This document shows, one piece after another, positions 19,267 to 27,538 of a DNA stretch of 64,000 nt. The DNA comes from Polyangiales bacterium. GTDB lineage: Bacteria > Myxococcota_A > Polyangia > Polyangiales > Ga0077539. The position numbers and the translations under genes are program-made. Every line of letters begins with the position of its first letter. Position 1 is the first letter of the stretch. The stretch spans positions 160,001 to 224,000 of the forward strand of contig JBGARZ010000002.1 in NCBI GenBank assembly GCA_044229975.1, given 5' to 3'. The notes beneath the pieces are model-generated. The model was given only the letters and a program-made list of their open reading frames with translations. It had not been told where the DNA came from and searched no databases.

Positions 19267-20268
19267 ATGCGTCGAACCGCGATCCTGGGTGTTGGTCACT
19301 ACGTTCCGACCCGCGTCGTCACCAACGACGACCTGGCGAAGCTCTTCAACACGAGCGACGAATGGATCGTGCAGCGCTCCGGCATCCGCGAGCGCCGCTA
19401 CATCGAGGGCGACGGCGTGTTCGCCAGCGACCTCGCGGTGCCCGCGTGCAAGATGGCCTGCGAGCGGGCCGGCGTGGCGCTCTCCGAGATCGACGCGATC
19501 ATCTTCGCGACGCTCTCGCCCGACGCCTTCTTCCCAGGCACCGGGTGCTTCCTGCAAGCGAAGCTCGGCCTGCCGGGCATCCCCGCGCTCGACATCCGCA
19601 ACCAGTGCTCTGGCTTCCTCTACGGGCTCTCCATCGCGGATGCGTGGATCCGTGCTGGTGTCTACCGCCGCGTCCTCCTCGTGGGCGCCGAGGTGCACTC
19701 CACCGGACTCGACTTCTCCGACGCGGGCCGCGATGTGACCGTGCTCTTCGGCGACGGCGCCGGCGCCGTGGTGCTCGGTCCGACCGAGGAGGAGGGCCGT
19801 GGCCTGTTGAGCCTCACCCTCGGCGCCGACGGCCGCGGCGCCACCGACCTCTGGATCGAGGCGCCCTCCTCGGGCCGCTCGCCCGACCGCATCACCAAGG
19901 AGATGATCGACGAGCGCCGCCACTTCACCCGGATGAACGGCAAGCAGGTCTTCCGCTGGGCCACCGAGAAGATGCCCGAGGCGTCGCGCGCGGTGCTCGC
20001 CGAGGCGGGGCAGACCACCGCCGACATCGACCTCTTCGTCCCGCACCAGGCCAACCTCCGCATCAACGAGCTCGTCGCCCGCAAGCTCGAACTCCCCATG
20101 GACAAGGTCGTCACGACCATCGACCGCTACGGCAACACGACGGCCGCCTCGATCCCGCTGTCGCTCTCCGAGGCGCTCATCGCCAACCGCGCGGGTCCCG
20201 GCTCGCTCGTGCTCTTCGCCGCCTTCGGCAGCGGCTACACCTGGGGCGCCGGTATCGTCCGACTCTGA
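19267..20268 (+). CDS. fabH: 3-oxoacyl-ACP synthase III
   Basis: TSDEWIVQRSGIRERR, catalytic NQCSGF, FGDGAGA, PHQAN, YGNT, AFGSGYTWG. Confidence 0.95.
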   Translation: MRRTAILGVGHYVPTRVVTNDDLAKLFNTSDEWIVQRSGIRERRYIEGDGVFASDLAVPACKMACERAGVALSEIDAIIFATLSPDAFFPGTGCFLQAKLGLPGIPALDIRNQCSGFLYGLSIADAWIRAGVYRRVLLVGAEVHSTGLDFSDAGRDVTVLFGDGAGAVVLGPTEEEGRGLLSLTLGADGRGATDLWIEAPSSGRSPDRITKEMIDERRHFTRMNGKQVFRWATEKMPEASRAVLAEAGQTTADIDLFVPHQANLRINELVARKLELPMDKVVTTIDRYGNTTAASIPLSLSEALIANRAGPGSLVLFAAFGSGYTWGAGIVRL

Positions 20269-20269
20269 G

Positions 20270-21379
20270 CTACTGACGCCGTGTCGACGGTTGCACGACG
20301 TGCGTCACGCCGAAGCGCCCCTGGGTGCGGCGCACGGCGTAGCGACCGTCGGGCGGGGCCTTCGACACCGGGCACAGCGCCGCCGCATTGAAGGGGCACG
20401 CCCGGCACTTGCCGCGCGCCACGGTGCCTTCGGGGGAGCGCTCGCCGGTCCAGTACGAGGTCGCCCAGTGGAGGTCGCGCTCGACCCGCTGGCGCGAGTG
20501 GCGGAAGACCCACAGCCCGTACGCCTCGTCGTCGACGCGCCGCACCGTCAGCCCTGAGAGCGGGTCAGGCAATCCGCTCGGGGGTCGCGCGTCGGTGGCG
20601 CTCAAGCCCGCGCGCGCCACCTCGAAGGCCGCTTCGGCGATGGTGTGTGCGAGCGCGTCGTTGACCCGTCGACCGCGCGGCAGCACCGCCACTCCGTAGA
20701 GCAGTCGATCGGTCTGGAACCCCATGGACTCCAGCATCCGGCCGTACGCCTCGACCTGCACCACGTGCGACGGAAACAGCTCGCGTCGCCCCGAGAATTT
20801 GAACTCCAGCACCAGCCGCGCGCGCCGCCCTTCGAGGTGGATGCGGTCGGCCCGACCCACGAGGCGCACCCCGTGTATCTCCGCCGTCACGGGCATCTCT
20901 ACCAGCTCCAGCGGCTCGCCCGCGGTGATGGCTTCGCTGATCTCCTGCTGCGAGATCTCCTCGGCCTCGGCCTCGAAGGCAGCGTGCCCGGCGGCGCCCG
21001 CTGCGAGCTCGGCGCTCTCGGTGCGAAGCGTGTGCGTCCGCGCGAGGTGCACCTGCATCTCGCAATAGAACTGGTTGGCCAGCGTGCTCACCGACACCCG
21101 GGGAGGGCCCGCCATGCGCGGCCCTTCGACGAAGCGACGAATCGCGGGCAGGCGCTCGGCGGTGAAGAGCGCGTCGAGGGTGGTCTCCATCCCGAAGCGG
21201 CGGAGCGAGGCGTAGTAGCGACCGACGGGTTCGGGGAAGATCCCCGCGCCGTGCAGGGCCTCCCACACGGCCCGAGGCGACCCGAGCGCGCCGACGATCT
21301 CGTAGAACCGCGGCGCGAGCGTGGCCCGCGCGTGTGCGATTTCGAGGAGATGGGGCAGGTCGAGGAGCGGGGGGTTCAT
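20270..21379 (-). CDS. Cas4/Exo5-like PD-(D/E)XK nuclease with Fe-S staple cysteines
   Basis: VSVSTLANQFYCE (Cys1), GAAGH, E-MPV, GRAD, LEFK, QVEAY (QxxxY), C-terminal CRACPF...LC (three Cys). Confidence 0.85.
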   Translation of the reverse strand: MNPPLLDLPHLLEIAHARATLAPRFYEIVGALGSPRAVWEALHGAGIFPEPVGRYYASLRRFGMETTLDALFTAERLPAIRRFVEGPRMAGPPRVSVSTLANQFYCEMQVHLARTHTLRTESAELAAGAAGHAAFEAEAEEISQQEISEAITAGEPLELVEMPVTAEIHGVRLVGRADRIHLEGRRARLVLEFKFSGRRELFPSHVVQVEAYGRMLESMGFQTDRLLYGVAVLPRGRRVNDALAHTIAEAAFEVARAGLSATDARPPSGLPDPLSGLTVRRVDDEAYGLWVFRHSRQRVERDLHWATSYWTGERSPEGTVARGKCRACPFNAAALCPVSKAPPDGRYAVRRTQGRFGVTHVVQPSTRRQ

Positions 21380-21451
21380 CGTCGAGGGAGGACGGGCGCA
21401 GTGTATCCCGACTCCCCCGACGGGAGCGCCGAACATCCCGAGGTCGGGCGT

Positions 21452-22354
21452 TCAGGCAGCTTGCGAGTCGGCGGCACCGTTGGTGCTACCGCGCCGCGTG
21501 TCTTCCTCGGCGATGGCCTTCTTGAGCCACACCTTGGCGTTCTTCATGCGGCCTACTTCCTCGGTTCGCTTGCAGAGCGCCCGCCACGCGGCCTCGCGGT
21601 CAGCCACCGGCAGGGGTGCCAGCTCGGCGCGGAACTTCATCCACACCGCCACCGACTCCCCGGGCAACTCGATCTCGTTGAGCCGCGCGTAGAAGCCACC
21701 GAGCGCCGGGTGGGCCGTCGTGGGGTCGGGCGTCGGGTCGTTGGCCGGCGTCTCGTCCGCGGCTTCGGCCAGAGGGTTGACCTGGCTGAAGTCCACGCGC
21801 CCACCGGGCTCCTGCGCGCCCGCCGGGATGGTCTCGATCTCCATCTCGTCGAGCACCCCGAGGCCCAGGATGGACAACGTCGCGCGCCGCTTGGCCTTAG
21901 TTTCAGCCTTCATCAGCATGTTGACCGGGTCGATGACCGGCAGCGTCGCCGTCGCCGTCTCGACGCGCCCGTTGGGCAGCGACGCCTCGCACACCGCGTA
22001 GACCAGCTTGGTGCCCGCGAGGTCGATGACCTTCGGGCCGTCGATGATCCGGCGCGTGACCCGGTGCATCGCCGCGAGCTGATCGGTCGCGCCGCGCGTC
22101 GCGTAGAGAACCTCCTTCCCGTTGAGCCGCAGAAACGCGAAGGGCTGCGCATGGGGGTTGAGCCCGAGGCCCTCGCACATCTGCACGTAGAAGCGCGTCC
22201 GCTCCGCCGGCCCCAGGCCCGACAGGTCGCCGCGCAGCACGATGGAGTCGATGACCTTCGCACCCGTGCGCTCGTCCACCGCGTAGTCCACGCGCTCGGG
22301 CGTCGCGGTCGCCTTCGTCGCCTTGCTCTTTGTCTCGTTCTTTTCAGTAGTCAT
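21452..22354 (-). CDS. Phage-type single-strand annealing protein (RecT/Red-beta/Rad52 superfamily-like)
   Basis: GDLSGLGPAERTRFY..MCEGLGLNP..QPF..LRLNGK..LYA..GATDQL and MLMKAETKAKRRA.L...GLG.LDE.E; the core resembles Bet/RecT-type recombinases, followed by an acidic/Pro linker and a helical C-terminal domain. Confidence 0.7.
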   Translation of the reverse strand: MTTEKNETKSKATKATATPERVDYAVDERTGAKVIDSIVLRGDLSGLGPAERTRFYVQMCEGLGLNPHAQPFAFLRLNGKEVLYATRGATDQLAAMHRVTRRIIDGPKVIDLAGTKLVYAVCEASLPNGRVETATATLPVIDPVNMLMKAETKAKRRATLSILGLGVLDEMEIETIPAGAQEPGGRVDFSQVNPLAEAADETPANDPTPDPTTAHPALGGFYARLNEIELPGESVAVWMKFRAELAPLPVADREAAWRALCKRTEEVGRMKNAKVWLKKAIAEEDTRRGSTNGAADSQAA

Positions 22355-22372
22355 GGCTCGTCCTCTTCCCTT

Positions 22373-22768
22373 TCACTCCACATCCGTCGCGGGGTCGAAA
22401 CCCGCCTCATCCGCGGTCTCAGCGTCGGGCTCGTCCATCGTCTCCAGCGCGGCGACGAAGGCCTCCGAGCGCTCATTGCAAAACGCCTCGAACTCCATGT
22501 CGCCCGCCAGCGCCGCCTCCGGGTCGGCGGGCAGCACGTCGTTGGCGGGCAGCAGCTCCGACCAGAACAGCGCCTCCACCGCCGGAACCCCCCAGCGCCG
22601 TTGGGCCTCGCGCAGCACCCGCTCCTTCTTGAAGCGGGGGTGGGCCTTCCAGTCGGCGTAGCTGAGCTCGGCCCGCAGGCGCACCAGCTCGTCGAGCTCA
22701 TGCTGCGACTCCACCCGCCGCTCGTCGTAGATCGGGGTCGTGGGGTGGCGGTCTGCAATATTGCTCAT
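22373..22768 (-). CDS. Small acidic hypothetical protein, first gene of the SSAP operon
   Basis: GAAGGGA RBS before MSNIADRH; very acidic C-terminus (DEPDAETADEAGFDPATDVE); 18 nt gap with GGAAGAGG RBS before the SSAP gene. Confidence 0.75.
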   Translation of the reverse strand: MSNIADRHPTTPIYDERRVESQHELDELVRLRAELSYADWKAHPRFKKERVLREAQRRWGVPAVEALFWSELLPANDVLPADPEAALAGDMEFEAFCNERSEAFVAALETMDEPDAETADEAGFDPATDVE

Positions 22769-22902
22769 GGTCGTCGTCCCTTCGTTGGGGATGGTCGCCG
22801 CGGGGGTCGGAGCGCCATTGCCTGCGCGCTTGCTTCGCTCGTCCATCACGAGGAACAAGATAGGTCGACCCCCTCCCCCGCGCCGCACCACGCAAGGGTC
22901 GT

Positions 22903-22991
22903 GTGACGTAGTCTGTCCTCGTTACGGATGCGCGGGAAAGCCAGAGCTCTCAACCGATACGAGCACCGAGGGTCGTGACAGATTACGTCAC
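22903..22991. promoter_or_regulatory. Pair of operator-like sites in inverted orientation
   Basis: GTGACGTAGTCTGTC (22903-22917) and GACAGATTACGTCAC (22977-22991) are reverse complements at 14/15 positions. The second lies within the palindrome CGTGAC-N7-GTCACG (22974-22992). Confidence 0.55.
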
Positions 22992-22992
22992 G

Positions 22993-23613
22993 TCAGGGTT
23001 GCGGGACGACCTTCGGGCGCGTGGTCGCACCGACCGGTCGCAGCACGCCCGGGCGGTCGGCCCGACGTGGCGTGGCGAGGGCGCGGTCGTACCACTCGAC
23101 CAGCGTCCCCCGCTCGTGGGCGCTCTGGGCTCCGACCGCCAGGCGCAGCCACTCGCCCGTCGCCCGTTCGCCCGCCGCGCGCGCCACCGCTCGCAGCGCG
23201 ACGGCCACCGCGTGGTCGGGACGCAACGCCTCCAAGGCCTCTTCCAGCGCGTCGTCCCCGTCTCGGTTGACCTTGGCGGTGGGCTGCGTCGTCGCCGCCC
23301 TCCGACCACCGCCCACCAGGTCTGGGACGGCCCCCACCACCGCCCTCGCGAAGGGCCGCGGGTCGGGCTTCGCCGGTGCGTCGAAATAGTCCGCGGGCAG
23401 CCCGTACGCCTGCACCACCGCCATCATCACGTCGCCGCCGAGCGCACGGTGCCCGCCCAGGATGGCTGCCACGGTGCCCTGCTCGCGGCCGATGGACGCC
23501 GCGAAGGCCCGCTGCGTGAGCTTCGTCCCGCGCGCCGCCCCCAGCGCGTCGAACAGCTCCGCGAGCCGCTCGCGCCTCCTGCGGCTGAGCTCCTTCGACA
23601 CCGGACGCGGCAC
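22993..23613 (-). CDS. XRE/Cro-C1-type HTH regulator with unknown C-terminal domain
   Basis: RERLAELF...LTQRAFAASIGREQGTVAAILGGHRALG...VVQAYGLPADYF fits an XRE HTH. Start uncertain (GTG 23613 or TTG 23649). Confidence 0.75.
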   Translation of the reverse strand: MPRPVSKELSRRRRERLAELFDALGAARGTKLTQRAFAASIGREQGTVAAILGGHRALGGDVMMAVVQAYGLPADYFDAPAKPDPRPFARAVVGAVPDLVGGGRRAATTQPTAKVNRDGDDALEEALEALRPDHAVAVALRAVARAAGERATGEWLRLAVGAQSAHERGTLVEWYDRALATPRRADRPGVLRPVGATTRPKVVPQP

Positions 23614-23640
23614 GCCATCGGATCTACCAGGAACTCCAGC

Positions 23641-23690
23641 GTTTAGCAATCATTGCTTGACTGCTGTTGATATCTTGCGCAATACATCGG
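23641..23690. promoter_or_regulatory. AT-rich divergent promoter region with palindromes
   Basis: AGCAAT-C-ATTGCT (23645-23657) directly abuts TTGACT (23657-23662); TTGCGCAA at 23675-23682; lies between the divergent XRE gene and a small ORF. Confidence 0.55.
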
Positions 23691-23693
23691 GGC

Positions 23694-24041
23694 ATGAATG
23701 GCGATGCTCCCAACCCGCTGCGACCGCGGCTCCAGGTGCTCGACGGCGGGGCCCAGGGCCGTCGGCGCAAGCCCGTTCGGCTGACGCTCCTGCGCGACCC
23801 GGCTCGCGCCCACGCCGTCGACACGGACGACCTGCCCAACCCCGGTGAGCCCATGACGCACCTCGAGCACGCCATCGCGGCGCTGCGCGAGGCCGCCCAG
23901 GCCGAGACCGTCACCGGCCGCAGCGACGGGGTCATCGACGCGCTCGATCACCTCACCCGCGAGCTGAGCGTGCTCTTCGACGACGAGGTCGCTCGCACCG
24001 CCCTGCTCCGCATCTCCGGCCAGCTCCGCCGCCCACGCTGA
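23694..24041 (+). CDS. Hypothetical protein divergent from the XRE regulator
   Basis: 115-aa ORF with host-like codon usage, an LQVLDGG motif and a helical C-terminus. Confidence 0.6.
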   Translation: MNGDAPNPLRPRLQVLDGGAQGRRRKPVRLTLLRDPARAHAVDTDDLPNPGEPMTHLEHAIAALREAAQAETVTGRSDGVIDALDHLTRELSVLFDDEVARTALLRISGQLRRPR

Positions 24042-24093
24042 ACGTCACCTGTTCTTGCGCAAGCCGCGGGGCCGACGGTACACCGCGCGCCCA

Positions 24094-25242
24094 ATGGTTG
24101 CCGCCAAGCGCTCGAAGCCCCCTCCCCCGCTCACCCTCACGACGCCGACCCCGGTGCTCCGCCGGGCGCACTTCCTGATGCGCCTGTCGCGCGCCTGGGA
24201 CTGGCGCTTCGAGGCCATGGCCCGCGTCGGCCGCATCGGCCGCTGGTACAGCGCCGTCGGCAACGAGTGCACCACCGTGGGCACCGCCGTCGCGCTCGGC
24301 GCCAACGACGCGCTCTCGACGGTGCACCGCGACCTCGGCGCCGTGCTCACCACGTACCTCGACCCGACGCGCCTCGCGCCGTCCCTCTTCGAGGCCGCCG
24401 ATCGCACCGAGTGGGACGCGCTGCGTCCTCCGCCGCAGGCGCTGCTCGATCAGCTCGCGAGCCAGGTGTTCGGCCGTCGCGGCGGGTTCACCCGCGGGGT
24501 CGATCGCTCGTTTCACTACGGCCTGGTGAAGCCCGGGTGGGGCATCCGGCACGTCGGGATGATCTCGCACCTGGGGTCGATGATCCCGGTCGCCGCGGGG
24601 CTCGCGCTCGCCAACGTGCAGGACGGCAACGACCGCGCGGTGCTCGGCTTCATCGGCGAGGGAGCCACGTCACAGGGCGACTTCCACGAGGCGCTCAACC
24701 TCGCGGGCGTCATGAAGCTGCCGCTCATCCTGGTGGTGGAGAACAACCGCTACGCCTTCAGCACGCCGCTCTCGGAGCAGTTCGCGTGCGAGAAGCTCAG
24801 CGATCGCGCGGTGGGCTACGGCATCGCGGGCGAGACCATCGACGGCCTCGACTTCGACGCCGTCCACGGGGCGATGGAGCGCGCGATGAAGAGGGCGCGC
24901 TCGGGCGAAGGGGCGACGCTGCTGGAGTGCATGCTGCCGCGGATGCGAGGGCACGCAGAGGGCGACGGGAGCTATGAGCTCATCCCGCAGGCCGAGCGCG
25001 AGGACTACCTGAAGCAGGACCCGCTGGTGCGCTTCGAGGCGTCGCTCATCGCACGCGGCGCCGCCACCGAGGAGCGCGTGAAGGAGGTCACCGAGGTCAC
25101 GCGCGCCATCATCGAAGATGCGGTGGAGCGGGCCATGGCGACGGAGGAGCCCGAGCTGTCCGAGGCGACGCGTCCGGTGTTTGCGGCGGGTGAGGTCGCG
25201 ACGGCGTTTGCGCGCCAGTCGACGGAGGTGACCGGTGGCTGA
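24094..25242 (+). CDS. TPP-dependent 2-oxoacid dehydrogenase E1 alpha subunit (branched-chain type likely)
   Basis: ISHLGSMIP, TPP motif FIGEGATSQGDFHEALN...VENNRYA, RMRGHAEGD, DPL. Confidence 0.92.
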   Translation: MVAAKRSKPPPPLTLTTPTPVLRRAHFLMRLSRAWDWRFEAMARVGRIGRWYSAVGNECTTVGTAVALGANDALSTVHRDLGAVLTTYLDPTRLAPSLFEAADRTEWDALRPPPQALLDQLASQVFGRRGGFTRGVDRSFHYGLVKPGWGIRHVGMISHLGSMIPVAAGLALANVQDGNDRAVLGFIGEGATSQGDFHEALNLAGVMKLPLILVVENNRYAFSTPLSEQFACEKLSDRAVGYGIAGETIDGLDFDAVHGAMERAMKRARSGEGATLLECMLPRMRGHAEGDGSYELIPQAEREDYLKQDPLVRFEASLIARGAATEERVKEVTEVTRAIIEDAVERAMATEEPELSEATRPVFAAGEVATAFARQSTEVTGG

Positions 25243-26209
25243 TACGACGTACATCGACGCGATCCGACGGGGTCTGGGCGAGGAGATGGAGCGCGACGGC
25301 AACGTGTTCCTGATGGGGCAGGACATCGCGGCGTTTGGCGGGGCCTTCCGCGCCTCCAAGGGGCTCTTCGAGAAGTACGGTCGGCTGCGGGTCATCAACA
25401 CGCCGCTGATGGAGTCCGGCGCCATCGGGGCGGCCCTGGGCGCGGCGCTCTCGGGCAAGCGCCCGGTGCTGGAGATGCAGTTCGCGGACTTCGTGTCCTG
25501 CGGCTTCAACCAGATCGTCAACAACGTCGCCAAGACCTACTACCGCTGGGAGGCGCCCGTTCCGATGGTCATCCGCCTGCCCTTCGGCGGCGGCGCGGGC
25601 GCCGGGCCCTTCCACTCGCAGTCACCCGAAGCGTGGTTCGCCCACACCCCGGGGCTGTGCGTCATCGCGCCGTCCACTCCGCGAGATGCGCTCGGGATGC
25701 TCAAGGCCGCGATCCGTGATCCCAACCCGGTGATCTACCTGGAGCATCGCTTCCTCTACCGCCGCGAGAAGGAAGACCTCCCCGACGGCGATCTCCTCAC
25801 GCCGCTCGGCAAGGCGCGCGTCGCCCGCGAGGGAAAGAACATCACCGTGCTCTCCTGGTCGTGGACGATGCACGAGTCGCTCGCCGCCGCCGAGGAGCTC
25901 GCCAAGGAGGGAGTCTCCGTCGAGGTCATCGACCTGCGAACCCTCTCGCCGCTCGACGAGGAGACCATCTTCGCGTCGGTGAAGAAGACCTCGAAGGTGC
26001 TCATCGTGCACGAGGCCACGCTCACCGCGGGCTTCGGCGCCGAGCTCGCAGCGCGGGTCGCCGATCGCTGCTTCGAGTGGCTCGACGGCCCCGTCCGTCG
26101 CGTCGCCTACGCCGACCGCCCGTCGCCCTACAACAAGAAGCTCGAACTGAGCCTGCTCCCAGGGCGCGAGCGCATCGTCGCCGAGCTGCGTCGCCTCGCG
26201 AAGTACTGA
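25235..26209 (+). CDS. 2-oxoacid dehydrogenase E1 beta subunit
   Basis: GQDIAAFGGAF, NTPLME, EMQFADF, GPFHSQSPE, EVIDLRTL; overlaps the alpha gene. Confidence 0.95.
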   Translation: MADTTYIDAIRRGLGEEMERDGNVFLMGQDIAAFGGAFRASKGLFEKYGRLRVINTPLMESGAIGAALGAALSGKRPVLEMQFADFVSCGFNQIVNNVAKTYYRWEAPVPMVIRLPFGGGAGAGPFHSQSPEAWFAHTPGLCVIAPSTPRDALGMLKAAIRDPNPVIYLEHRFLYRREKEDLPDGDLLTPLGKARVAREGKNITVLSWSWTMHESLAAAEELAKEGVSVEVIDLRTLSPLDEETIFASVKKTSKVLIVHEATLTAGFGAELAARVADRCFEWLDGPVRRVAYADRPSPYNKKLELSLLPGRERIVAELRRLAKY

Positions 26210-26250
26210 CCCCCTTGCGCTCGGGCCCGTCCCGGCCCGACGCTCGGCGG

Positions 26251-27465
26251 ATGCGAAGACTCATCATCCCGACCGTCGCCACGCTCTCGCTCACCCTCTT
26301 CGACTGTGGAGTGACCCCGGAGTCGCTGCGCGATCCGACCTGTTCGACCACGACCTTCAACGTCGAAGGCGGAACCTTCACCACCTTCGGCACCTCCGCC
26401 GACGCCCGGAAGGTCGACGCCTTCCTCCGCGCGACGCTCGATCTCAACTCTGCGACCAACGAAATCGCCGAGGGCCTGCGCGCGACCTGCGCCGCCATCG
26501 GCACCGACCTCGGCCTCGCCGCGTCGACCTACCAGCCCGCGACCGCGGGTGAGCTCCCGGTGGTCTACACCTGTCGGCGCGTCGGTCAGGAGATCCGCAC
26601 CATCCTCCAGGCGGGCCTCTCGGCCAACGGGCGCCTCACCCTCGACCTCACCCCGCCTCGCTGCGAGATCGACATCAACGTCGCCGCGCAGTGTGCCGCG
26701 CAGTGTTCGGGGTCGGCGATGGTGCAGGTTCCGACCTGTCGCGGTGAGGTGATCGCTGACTGCTCGGCGAGCTGTACGGGCTCCTGCTCGGGCTCCTGCT
26801 CGGCGGCCTGTACGGGCACGTGCCGCGGGCAGTGCAGCGGCCAGGCGAACGGCATCTGTAACGGCACCTGCACCGGAACGTGCAGCGCCATGGACTCCAT
26901 GGGCCGCTGTGTCGGCACCTGCGAAGGAACGTGCACCGGCACCTTCTCGGGCACCTGCATGGGCTCGTGCATGGGCACCTGCGAGGCGGGCTGCACGGGC
27001 ACCTGCACCGGTCAGTGCCGCGGCATGTGCACGGGAGGCGTCAACGTCCGCTGCGAGGGCGAATACGACGTCCAGGCCGACGTGCAGTGCACGGCCGCCT
27101 GCCGCGCGCAGGCGAGTGCTCGCGCGACCTGCACCGACCCGCGGCTCGCCATCACCGTCACGGGCAACGTCACCGCTGCCCAGCGCGCGCGCGTCGAGGC
27201 GCTCATCGCCTCGCTCCAGCGCAACTATCCGCGGTTCCAGGCCAACGCCAACCGCATCCAGCGCGTCGTCCAGATGACCGCGCCCAACTTCGTGTCGAGC
27301 CTCAACGGCCTCGGCAGCGCCGCGACCAACGTCGGCCTGAGCGCCAGCGCCTGCGTCGTGCGCGCGGGCGTCGTTGCCGCCGACATCACCAACCGCGTGC
27401 AGGCGTCGGCCACCGTGACCGTGGAGTTCTCCGCGTCGGTCAACGTCATGGGTACCGCCCAGTAG
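26251..27465 (+). CDS. Cys-rich exported (lipo)protein with periodic CxGx repeats
   Basis: Signal peptide ending LFDC; central block of about 20 Cys at 4-residue spacing (CTGSCSGSC...CTGTCTGQCRGMC). Confidence 0.85.
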   Translation: MRRLIIPTVATLSLTLFDCGVTPESLRDPTCSTTTFNVEGGTFTTFGTSADARKVDAFLRATLDLNSATNEIAEGLRATCAAIGTDLGLAASTYQPATAGELPVVYTCRRVGQEIRTILQAGLSANGRLTLDLTPPRCEIDINVAAQCAAQCSGSAMVQVPTCRGEVIADCSASCTGSCSGSCSAACTGTCRGQCSGQANGICNGTCTGTCSAMDSMGRCVGTCEGTCTGTFSGTCMGSCMGTCEAGCTGTCTGQCRGMCTGGVNVRCEGEYDVQADVQCTAACRAQASARATCTDPRLAITVTGNVTAAQRARVEALIASLQRNYPRFQANANRIQRVVQMTAPNFVSSLNGLGSAATNVGLSASACVVRAGVVAADITNRVQASATVTVEFSASVNVMGTAQ

Positions 27466-27538
27466 GTCAGGGTCCCCCCAACGTCGCGCCGGGGATGGGT
27501 CTTTACCCAGACGCCCCACTGGCCTAAACCCCGGCGCG

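Noticed and set aside
20270..22992. CRISPR-Cas locus suggested by the Cas4-like gene
   Set aside because: No repeat-spacer array, cas1 or cas2 was seen anywhere in the window.
20270..24041. Intact prophage or integrative element
   Set aside because: No integrase, replication, structural or lysis genes, and no flanking direct repeats that I could find by eye.
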